In this document: in pieces, positions 56,450 to 64,000 of the stretch | Numbering within the stretch: position 1 is the stretch's first letter | How the letters are laid out: each line of letters begins with the position of its first letter | IMG/VR virus record: IMGVR_UViG_3300032050_000037 | Location: 1-64,000 of that record | Origin: a virus | DNA length: 64,000 nt | Reading direction: 5' to 3' (one strand) | Notes under the pieces: generated by a model | Seen by the model: only the letters and a program-made list of their open reading frames with translations | Databases searched by the model: none | Told to the model about the DNA's origin: nothing | Position numbers and translations under genes: made by a program

Positions 56450-59400
56450 ATGACAAATTTTGCTCACCTACATGTCCATAGCTATTACAGCTTAATGGAT
56501 GGATTAAATTCACCCAAAGCTCTAGCAGAAGCTGCAAAAAATAATGGACATACAGCAATTGCTATTACAGATCATGGAACATTATCTTCTCATAGAGAAA
56601 TGCAATTAGCATGTAAAGAAATTGGAATTAAGCCAATATTAGGTGTAGAGGCATACATATCACCAACAGATAGGTTTGATAGATCATCTAAAACAGATAA
56701 AAGTATTCAGGCATATAACCATATTATCCTTTTAGCCAAAAATATGAAAGGTTTAGAAAATATAAATATTTTACAAGAAATTGCTTGGAACGAAGGATTT
56801 TATCATAAACCACGTATTGATAGAGAGGTATTAAAAGAATATGCGGAAGGTATTATTGTACTTAGTGGATGTCTTAATGGTCTTATTAGTAAATGCATTG
56901 AACGGCAGGAGTTCTCAGAAGCAAAACTTATACTCAAAGATTTTAAACAAACTTTTGGCGAAGATTTTTACATTGAGGTTCAATCTCACAACCCACAAGA
57001 AATAAATAATAAATTATTAGAGTTTGCAAAAGAACTAGACATCAAACCAGTTGCAACATCAGATTCTCATTTTGCTAAAAAAGAAGACAAGGTTTTAGTT
57101 GAAGCTATGTTAATTCTATCTACATCTCCAAAATCAGATAAAGAATCAGATTTTGAGATGTCTAGAAATATAAGTAATATGATGGATAGGTTTAATTATT
57201 TATACCCAAATAGGAAAATATCATTTCAAGAACAAAATCTCTGGATTCAGTCTAGAAAAGAAATAGAAGAAGATTTTAATAAAGTTGGGATAAATCGATC
57301 AGATATTTTTGATAATACAATAGAAATTGCTAATAAAATTGAAGAATACGATTTTAATAGTGGTCTAGACCTCCTCCCAGTACCCAAGACGGATGCAGAT
57401 CAGAAACTGGCTGAGATGGCCTTTAAAGGCTTAGAAAGCCTACATCTGACCTCATCATGGCTAGGAAATGACATATATGAGCAAAGATTGATAGAAGAAT
57501 TAGAAATTATTAAAGATAAAAGTTTTGCCTCATATTTCCTAGTAGTAGCAGACATGATTAATTGGGCTAAAGAAAATAATATTATGGTTGGTCCTGGTCG
57601 TGGCTCTGCTGCTGGTTCATTAGTATGTTATGCCCTAGGAATTACAGATGTAGACCCAATTGAATATGACTTATTGTTTTTCCGATTTATTAATCCTGAG
57701 CGTAATGACTTCCCAGATATAGATACAGACTTTGAGGATCGTCGTCGCAAAGAGGTTAAAGATTATCTTAAAAAGAAATTTAAGCATGTAGCATCTATTT
57801 CAACATACACATATTTTAAAGATAAAGGCGTTATTAGAGATGCTGCTCGTGTATTTATGGTTCCACTACAAGACGTAAATCGTGCAATGAAGTCAATTGA
57901 TACATTTGAAGATTTTATGGAATCTCCTAACACAAAAGAATTTAGATCTAAATATCCAGAAGTGGTATGGCTTGCTGAAAGATTACGTGGAAAAATTAGA
58001 TCAGTTGGAGTACATGCTGCAGGAGTTGTTGTTGCTAAAGATGATTTAAGAAAATATGCACCAATTGAATCTAGAGAAGACGCACAAGATAAAGTTTCTG
58101 GCAGAATACCAGTAGTAGCTTATGATATGGACACCGTAGCAGATATTGGTTTAATTAAATTAGATGCATTAGGCTTAAAAACATTATCAGTTATCTCAGA
58201 TACATTAAAATCAATTAAAGAAAGATACAATAAAGATATTATTCTTTCTGATTTATCTTTAGATGATGCAGAGGTATATAGAGTATTAAGTGATGGATAT
58301 ACAAAAGGTGTATTCCAAGCTGAAGCTACTCCGTATACAAATTTATTAATTAAAATGGGTGTAGATAAATTTGAAGATCTTGCTGCTTCAAATGCTTTAG
58401 TGCGTCCAGGTGCCATGAACACGGTAGGTGCTTCATATATTAATAGAAAACATGGATTTGAAGATGTAGAATACGTTCATGAAATTATGAAACCTTTTAC
58501 TGAAAATACATATGGTGTTATCATATATCAAGAGCAAGTTATGCAAGCTTGCGTTTATTTAGGAGGGATGACTTGGTCTGAGGCTGATAAAGTTCGTAAG
58601 ATCATAGGAAAGAAAAAGGATGCAAAAGAATTCGACCAGTTCAAGGATAAATTTATTGATGGGGCTTCAAAACACATTTCTAAGAAAAAAGCCGAATCCC
58701 TATGGCATGATTTCGAAGCTCACGCAGGTTATTCTTTTAACCGTAGTCATGCCGTTGCTTATTCTATGCTTTCTTATTATACTGCTTGGCTTAAAAAGTA
58801 TTACCCTCTTGAGTTCATGTTTTCAGTACTTAAAAATGAAAATGATAAAGATGCTAGGACAGAATATTTAATTGAAGCAAAAAGATTAAACTTAAAAATA
58901 TTATTGCCACACATCAATGAATCAGAAGTTTATTTTTCTTTAAAAAATGATGCAATTCAATTTGGATTAGCTGAAATTAAATTTATATCTGATAGTATTG
59001 CAAATAAAATTATAGAAAAGAGACCGTATGAATCGTATGCAGATTTCATTAAAAAAGCCTCTGCCAAAGGCAGCGGTATTAACAGCAGGGCTATTACTGC
59101 TCTTAATAACATTGGTGGGGCTGCTTTTACGGATAATCAGCGTAATAACAAAGAAAAAGAAAATTATTACGAATATTTAGGAATACCGACTTTTAATACA
59201 GATTTGCCTCCACGAATTAAAGCACAGGCAAGGCCAATAGAAGATTTTGATGATCTTGGATCCTTTCCAATGTTTGGGATGGTAAAAAGTATTAAACGTG
59301 GTACTGGTTGGGCCAGAGTAGAATTAGTAGATGAAACAGGATCAATTGGTTTATTCCATCATGAACAAACTCAAATTGAAACTGGACAGATGTACTTTAT

Positions 59401-59731
59401 TCTTGTAGGAGATAATCGTATTGCTAGGTATATTAAAATAAACGATATCGATCCAAACGGCTCAGACTTATTTGTAGATTATTTGTATAGAAAAGAATAC
59501 GATATGGAAGATAATGAAATGATGGTAATTAATTTTAATCCATATAAAACAAAAGCTGGAAAAACGATGGCACATATTGTTATGACAAATAAAAATAAAG
59601 AATTAACAAGAGCTATTGCATTCCCATCTATGTATCCACAAGTATTAGCAAAAATGCGTGAGGGAATGAAATGTAAACCTGTTCTGTCTAAATTAGATGA
59701 TGGAACCTTAATGATAAAGGAAGTAAAATGA
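56450..59731 (+). CDS. dnaE: DNA polymerase III alpha subunit (family C)
   Basis: PHP motifs HLHVHS, TDHG and GVEAY; GPGRGSAAGS; PDIDTDF; KLDALGL; YSFNRSH. Confidence 0.96.
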   Translation: MTNFAHLHVHSYYSLMDGLNSPKALAEAAKNNGHTAIAITDHGTLSSHREMQLACKEIGIKPILGVEAYISPTDRFDRSSKTDKSIQAYNHIILLAKNMKGLENINILQEIAWNEGFYHKPRIDREVLKEYAEGIIVLSGCLNGLISKCIERQEFSEAKLILKDFKQTFGEDFYIEVQSHNPQEINNKLLEFAKELDIKPVATSDSHFAKKEDKVLVEAMLILSTSPKSDKESDFEMSRNISNMMDRFNYLYPNRKISFQEQNLWIQSRKEIEEDFNKVGINRSDIFDNTIEIANKIEEYDFNSGLDLLPVPKTDADQKLAEMAFKGLESLHLTSSWLGNDIYEQRLIEELEIIKDKSFASYFLVVADMINWAKENNIMVGPGRGSAAGSLVCYALGITDVDPIEYDLLFFRFINPERNDFPDIDTDFEDRRRKEVKDYLKKKFKHVASISTYTYFKDKGVIRDAARVFMVPLQDVNRAMKSIDTFEDFMESPNTKEFRSKYPEVVWLAERLRGKIRSVGVHAAGVVVAKDDLRKYAPIESREDAQDKVSGRIPVVAYDMDTVADIGLIKLDALGLKTLSVISDTLKSIKERYNKDIILSDLSLDDAEVYRVLSDGYTKGVFQAEATPYTNLLIKMGVDKFEDLAASNALVRPGAMNTVGASYINRKHGFEDVEYVHEIMKPFTENTYGVIIYQEQVMQACVYLGGMTWSEADKVRKIIGKKKDAKEFDQFKDKFIDGASKHISKKKAESLWHDFEAHAGYSFNRSHAVAYSMLSYYTAWLKKYYPLEFMFSVLKNENDKDARTEYLIEAKRLNLKILLPHINESEVYFSLKNDAIQFGLAEIKFISDSIANKIIEKRPYESYADFIKKASAKGSGINSRAITALNNIGGAAFTDNQRNNKEKENYYEYLGIPTFNTDLPPRIKAQARPIEDFDDLGSFPMFGMVKSIKRGTGWARVELVDETGSIGLFHHEQTQIETGQMYFILVGDNRIARYIKINDIDPNGSDLFVDYLYRKEYDMEDNEMMVINFNPYKTKAGKTMAHIVMTNKNKELTRAIAFPSMYPQVLAKMREGMKCKPVLSKLDDGTLMIKEVK

Positions 59732-59967
59732 GCAAAACTCCTGCAGAGATATATCAAGCAATGAATGCTACTAATATTTTAGTAGCAATTTTAGATTCAC
59801 AAAAAAAGATATCTGTTCCGCTAGATGTATTTTTAAATGCCTCTAATGAAGATAAAAATTTAAGTGTTGAATATAACGAGGATATAGCCTCGTTTGTTTT
59901 TGAACTAAAGGATAAAATTGAACAACAAAATATTGATAAGAATGTTGAATCAAATACAAATGAATAA
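59728..59967 (+). CDS. Hypothetical protein, paralogue of 60317..60643
   Basis: ATNILVAILDSQKKISVP versus ATTAFVAILKHQGKVSVP. Confidence 0.6.
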   Translation: MSKTPAEIYQAMNATNILVAILDSQKKISVPLDVFLNASNEDKNLSVEYNEDIASFVFELKDKIEQQNIDKNVESNTNE

Positions 59968-60301
59968 TTTAATAACTGATTATGGTTTAGATGCCTTATC
60001 TGCAATTCTTCATGAAACAGCTATAGAAAAAGGATTTTGGGACGGTGAATATAACTATGACAAAATTGGAAACAAGTTGGCATTGGTACATTCTGAAGTA
60101 ACTGAAGTCTTAGAAGCAATAAGAAAATCAAAAGGTAGTGAGCATATTGTTGAAGAAATGGCCGATATAATTATTCGTTTATTAGATATATATGCTGCTA
60201 TGAGAAATGAAAATGATATTGTTCATAGCTTAGATGAAGTTATGGATAAAAAAATTAATATAAATAAAAGTAGACCAAGACTTCACGGAAATTTATTTTA
60301 A
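59960..60301 (+). CDS. MazG-like NTP pyrophosphohydrolase
   Basis: LALVHSEVTEVLEA...EEMADIIIR...K..IN..R. Confidence 0.85.
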   Translation: MNNLITDYGLDALSAILHETAIEKGFWDGEYNYDKIGNKLALVHSEVTEVLEAIRKSKGSEHIVEEMADIIIRLLDIYAAMRNENDIVHSLDEVMDKKININKSRPRLHGNLF

Positions 60302-60316
60302 TGGTATAATCGTATG

Positions 60317-60643
60317 ATGAATCAAAAAGACCTTGAAACAATATTTAATAATTTACGAGCAACAACAGCTTTTGTAGCAATATTAAAACATCAAGGCAAA
60401 GTATCGGTACCAGCAGATATTTTTAAAGAATTACTAAATGAACAATCTTGGCCAAATGATTTTATTACTAAAAATGGAAGTGCTATGTGCGTTACTTACG
60501 ATAAAGATTTAAATGAATTTGGTTTTGAATTAATGTACGAAGACGACGGATACAGACCAACAAATTCTATAGGATTTCAATGTACAAGAGGAAATTTAGA
60601 AGTAGGATATATAGATTACAATAGCCCATATTATAGAAAGTAG
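60317..60643 (+). CDS. Hypothetical protein, probably leaderless
   Basis: The second ATG (60317) lies 6 nt after TGGTATAAT. Confidence 0.6.
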   Translation: MNQKDLETIFNNLRATTAFVAILKHQGKVSVPADIFKELLNEQSWPNDFITKNGSAMCVTYDKDLNEFGFELMYEDDGYRPTNSIGFQCTRGNLEVGYIDYNSPYYRK

Positions 60644-60648
60644 TTTAA

Positions 60649-61653
60649 ATGACAATTGAAATAAATGAAATATTATCTAAACTAGATCCAAAAACTAGAG
60701 ATAGAGTTCAGTCAGCTCAAAGTGTTCAGGTAAAAAAACAAGTTACTCCAAGTATTGGATTAAATATGGCGTTGCGTGGAGGACTTCCATATGGTCGTCA
60801 AGTTTTAGTATGGGGCAATAAGTCTGCTGGAAAATCTTCTTTTTGTTTACAAATGATAGGCATGGCACAAAAAGAAGGAAAAGTATGTGCATGGATAGAT
60901 GCTGAAGCATCTTACGATCCAGCATGGGCAGAACAACTTGGTGTAGATTCAGAAAAATTAATTTATTCGCCAGCAAAAACAGTTAATGATATGGTAGATG
61001 TCGCAACTAAATTAATGGAAGCAGATGTTGATTTAATTGTTGTAGACTCTATCTCTGCATTATTGCCAGCTATTTATTTTGAAAAAGATGGAAATGAATT
61101 AAAAGATTTACAAGATACAAAACAAATAGGCGCTGAAGCAAAGGATATGACCCACGCAGTCAAAATGTTAAACTATGCAAACAAAAATACATTACTTGTT
61201 CTTATCTCCCAACAAAGAAACCAATTTGGATCTATGCATGCCAGCCATATACCTACGGGAGGAATGGCAGTCAAATTCTTTTCCACCACTGTTATTAAGT
61301 TATGGTCTTCCGAGGCTGAGGCTAATGCTATCAAGGCTGGCGTTAAAGTTGGCGATAAAATTATTGAGCAAAGAGTCGGCAGACCAGTTAATTGGATTGT
61401 TGATTACAGCAAAGTATCCCCACCAAATTTATCTGGGCAATACGACTTCTATTATCAAGGAGAAACTTTAGGAGTTGATAAAGTAGGAGAAACTTTAGAT
61501 GTTGCAGAAATGTGTGGGCTTGTAGAAAAAGGCGGAGCTTGGTATACAGTAGATGGAGAAAGATTACAGGGACGAGCTAAAGCAGTACAGTATTTAAAAG
61601 ATAATCCAGATGTTGCTAACAAATTAATTGAGGAAATAAATGCCAAGTCTTAA
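60649..61653 (+). CDS. recA: RecA/UvsX-like recombinase
   Basis: GGLPYGR, GNKSAGKS, WIDAE, VVDSISAL, PTGG.A.KF and GAWY motifs. Confidence 0.93.
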   Translation: MTIEINEILSKLDPKTRDRVQSAQSVQVKKQVTPSIGLNMALRGGLPYGRQVLVWGNKSAGKSSFCLQMIGMAQKEGKVCAWIDAEASYDPAWAEQLGVDSEKLIYSPAKTVNDMVDVATKLMEADVDLIVVDSISALLPAIYFEKDGNELKDLQDTKQIGAEAKDMTHAVKMLNYANKNTLLVLISQQRNQFGSMHASHIPTGGMAVKFFSTTVIKLWSSEAEANAIKAGVKVGDKIIEQRVGRPVNWIVDYSKVSPPNLSGQYDFYYQGETLGVDKVGETLDVAEMCGLVEKGGAWYTVDGERLQGRAKAVQYLKDNPDVANKLIEEINAKS

Positions 61654-61831
61654 TGAGTTTTTTACAAAACCAGAAATTTTACATAAAAAAGATTTAGAAA
61701 AAATATCTGGAATAAAACCATGTTCTAAATGTGATAAAAATGCTGAAGAAGCTTTTTGGGACCCAGATACATTTATTATGTCTTGGAACTGTCCAGATGG
61801 CCATGCAAATCAAATAAAGGTTAATGGATAA
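61640..61831 (+). CDS. Small zinc-binding protein
   Basis: CSKC ... CPDGH. Confidence 0.6.
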   Translation: MPSLNEFFTKPEILHKKDLEKISGIKPCSKCDKNAEEAFWDPDTFIMSWNCPDGHANQIKVNG

Positions 61832-62139
61832 TGTCTGAAAGATCAGAAGCAAAACGAGATGGTGCTAAACAACAAAAAAATAGTGGACGTGGAAACTATC
61901 AAAAAGGAGATGCCCAATGGCGTAATTTTGTGGTAGACTATAAAGAATATGAAAAAAGCATTTCAATATCTCAAAGCATTTGGTCCAAGATATGCACAGA
62001 CACATTCAAAGTAAGTAGAGATAAGCACCCAGTACTAAAAATAATATTGGGTAAGGATAATTCAAAAACTAGGCTTGCTGTGATAGAATGGTCTTTATTA
62101 GAACAAATTTTAGATTGTTGGGAGAAAAATAATGAATAA
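61831..62139 (+). CDS. PD-(D/E)XK nuclease, Holliday-junction-resolvase-like
   Basis: E...SG...KGD...VDYK pattern. Confidence 0.65.
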   Translation: MSERSEAKRDGAKQQKNSGRGNYQKGDAQWRNFVVDYKEYEKSISISQSIWSKICTDTFKVSRDKHPVLKIILGKDNSKTRLAVIEWSLLEQILDCWEKNNE

Positions 62140-63088
62140 AATAAATATAATGCCTCAAGTGACTGTTTATAGAGATATATTATCTGAGAATGATATTAAT
62201 CTATTATTAAATCAAATATATGAATCTCAAAAAGATATTGTGGATCTTGAAAAAACAAAACCAGAAGAGTCTGTATATAGAGACTATCACGGCCCACAGC
62301 CAGAATTAAGAAACGATAATAGTTTAATTTATACATGGACTCCTTGGTATACATTCGGATTAAGAAGTATATGGTCAGACCCATATGATATGAAAAAAAA
62401 TAAAAAAGAGCACATTAAGGGTTTTAGTTTAATAAGAAATGCTATAAAAACTGTTCATTTTGATTATTTAAATGATTGGAAAGATAATGGAAAATGGACT
62501 TATGAAATAACTGATTGGGACATCATGGCCCCAGATAGAGAAGATGCTAGTAATATGAGCTTATCTACATTTGAAATATTACAACATAAATTAAATTTAG
62601 AAGAAGATTATACAATTGCAGTACATACAGATTGGCATAATCATAGAGAAGAAGAGCCTGGACCAAAGCAAATAATTACATATACAATTTATTTAAATGA
62701 CGATTATGAAGGCGGAGAAATTGATTTTGTTGATGAAGAAAATAAAAAAGTTTTTGTATATAAACCTAAAAAGGGAGACATTACTGTATTCCCATCAGGA
62801 AGACCATTTTGGCATGGAGCAAGGTCTGTAAAATCTCAACCTAATAAAATATTTATTAGGTCATTTTCTATATTTAGAAGCCCAGGAAGTAAAGATTGGA
62901 TTTATGGAGTTAGAACAAATGGTCTTGCTAAATGGATAGAAATGCAAAATGAAAAAATTAAAAATGTTGTTGAAGATGGAGAAGTAGGAAGACAATTAGT
63001 TTATAAAGGACAAGAACCAAATAAATTAAAAAGAGTTATTCCGATCTTCGTGGAATCAGAAGAATATATTGATGGAAGGAAAATATAA
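62132..63088 (+). CDS. 2OG-Fe(II) oxygenase
   Basis: HTD, YLNDDYEGGEI, WHGA...K; most similar in layout to 20126..20944. Confidence 0.9.
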   Translation: MNKINIMPQVTVYRDILSENDINLLLNQIYESQKDIVDLEKTKPEESVYRDYHGPQPELRNDNSLIYTWTPWYTFGLRSIWSDPYDMKKNKKEHIKGFSLIRNAIKTVHFDYLNDWKDNGKWTYEITDWDIMAPDREDASNMSLSTFEILQHKLNLEEDYTIAVHTDWHNHREEEPGPKQIITYTIYLNDDYEGGEIDFVDEENKKVFVYKPKKGDITVFPSGRPFWHGARSVKSQPNKIFIRSFSIFRSPGSKDWIYGVRTNGLAKWIEMQNEKIKNVVEDGEVGRQLVYKGQEPNKLKRVIPIFVESEEYIDGRKI

Positions 63089-63089
63089 A

Positions 63090-63230
63090 ATGTCTAGCGG
63101 AAAATATAAAAGACATGATGGATTTAACAAAATGCAAATAAAAAATGGCAGAATTGTTAGATTAAGAAAAGACGGTACTGTTAAAGCTGACATGGGAGCA
63201 TTTCCTAAAGACAAAAGGATAGTAAAATGA
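63090..63230 (+). CDS. 46-aa basic protein
   Basis: Not in the track. MSSGKYKRHDGFNKMQIKNGRIVRLRKDGTVKADMGAFPKDKRIVK; ATGA overlap with the next gene. Confidence 0.65.
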   Translation: MSSGKYKRHDGFNKMQIKNGRIVRLRKDGTVKADMGAFPKDKRIVK

Positions 63231-63382
63231 AAGAAGTTTTTCTAACCACATTAACTGGTGCTGGAGTAGGAGCAGTATTTGCTTTATTTAAACTTCCAGT
63301 ACCTGCACCGCCAGTATTTGCTGGGGTAATGGGTATAGTAGGATTATGGATAGGATATGGACTGATAGGTAAAATTTTATAA
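63227..63382 (+). CDS. XapX/DUF1427-like small membrane protein (51 aa)
   Basis: Not in the track. GAGVGAVFALFKLPVPAPPVFAGVMGIVGLWIG helical hairpin with the PxPAPP signature. Confidence 0.75.
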   Translation: MKEVFLTTLTGAGVGAVFALFKLPVPAPPVFAGVMGIVGLWIGYGLIGKIL

Positions 63383-63720
63383 TGACTGAATCTAAAAATA
63401 CTCTTGAACTAATTAGTGACATCACAGAATTTAATGATCTTCATGAGTTTATGAAAGATGAACATTTAGATAAAGCTTTAGCAATTGTGGTAAAATTACT
63501 AATGAATCCAGACGTACCGTCTGCAAAAGCTCCACATTTAATAATGGAATTGCAGGCAATGTCAACAAAATTTGCAGTAATGGCTTCGGTATATTCTACA
63601 ATTATGAAAGACAAGGCTGGAACAGAAAATAATAATAAAAAGAATGTTTACTATTCAGTAAAGGAGTCCATAGACAAACTTGTAGATGCCCTCAAGTATG
63701 TTGTTAGATATAATGGCTAG
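63382..63720 (+). CDS. Hypothetical protein
   Basis: ORF track; TAATG overlap. Confidence 0.65.
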   Translation: MTESKNTLELISDITEFNDLHEFMKDEHLDKALAIVVKLLMNPDVPSAKAPHLIMELQAMSTKFAVMASVYSTIMKDKAGTENNNKKNVYYSVKESIDKLVDALKYVVRYNG

Positions 63721-64000
63721 AGAAATAGTAAATAATTTAAAATTTAAAAAATACAATGGTAAATTTAACATTGAAGAATTTTCTAAATTATTAGATGATG
63801 CATACCTAGCAACAAAAAGGCCAGATGGTTTAATGACTAAAAAATCATTTAGCCCAAGTAGTTTTGGATACGGCAATGGAAATTGTCCAAGATATTGGTA
63901 TATGGCATTTTCTGGTGCAACATTTATAGATAATAACGATGCTAAAGCAATTGCAAATATGTCTCATGGAACTCAAGCTCATGAAAGATTACAAAAACTA
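63713..64000 (+). CDS. Cas4-like PD-(D/E)XK exonuclease, partial
   Basis: Open to the window end; FSPSS...CPRYWY...GTQAHERLQ N-terminal motif. Confidence 0.75.
   Translation, partial: MAREIVNNLKFKKYNGKFNIEEFSKLLDDAYLATKRPDGLMTKKSFSPSSFGYGNGNCPRYWYMAFSGATFIDNNDAKAIANMSHGTQAHERLQKL

Noticed and set aside
4801-61653. Inteins or introns in NrdJ, DnaB, DnaE or RecA
   Set aside because: All have normal lengths and continuous motifs; the only Hint domain is at 15399-15890.
1-64000. Stop-codon reassignment
   Set aside because: Genes are full length and densely packed under the standard bacterial code, with TAA, TAG and TGA all used as stops.

Overview
This window is a 64-kb internal fragment of a large, AT-rich, long-tailed dsDNA phage. 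The HK97-type head-neck-tail order and the DnaE, DnaB, primase, gp32-like SSB, RecA, Cas4-like nuclease and class II RNR genes resemble large Streptomyces-type siphoviruses. A low-GC (possibly freshwater) actinobacterial host is inferred, not shown. Layout: a leftward accessory block (1-3.7 kb); GT4 glycosyltransferase, NrdJ and holin; a first fibre block (7.1-15.9 kb); six 2OG-Fe(II) prolyl-hydroxylase-like genes plus two DUF6065-like genes (16.0-21.5 kb); head, tail and tape-measure genes with a second fibre block (21.6-51.1 kb); and the replication module (51.2-64 kb). The best candidate for an undescribed system is a virion-type FN3 protein carrying 12 tandem FF(S/A/G)PP(G/S/R/Y) hexapeptides and a C-terminal non-splicing Hint domain, directly followed by the hydroxylase cluster. 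This suggests phage-encoded post-translational tailoring (Pro hydroxylation, autocleavage or ligation, possibly glycosylation). Other notable elements are a stand-alone ~78-nt structured small RNA with its own promoter, a 38-Cys modular tail protein, several leaderless genes, and four unlisted small ORFs. No tRNA, CRISPR array, integrase or terminase was seen. All family calls come from motif recognition by eye; no database searches were run.
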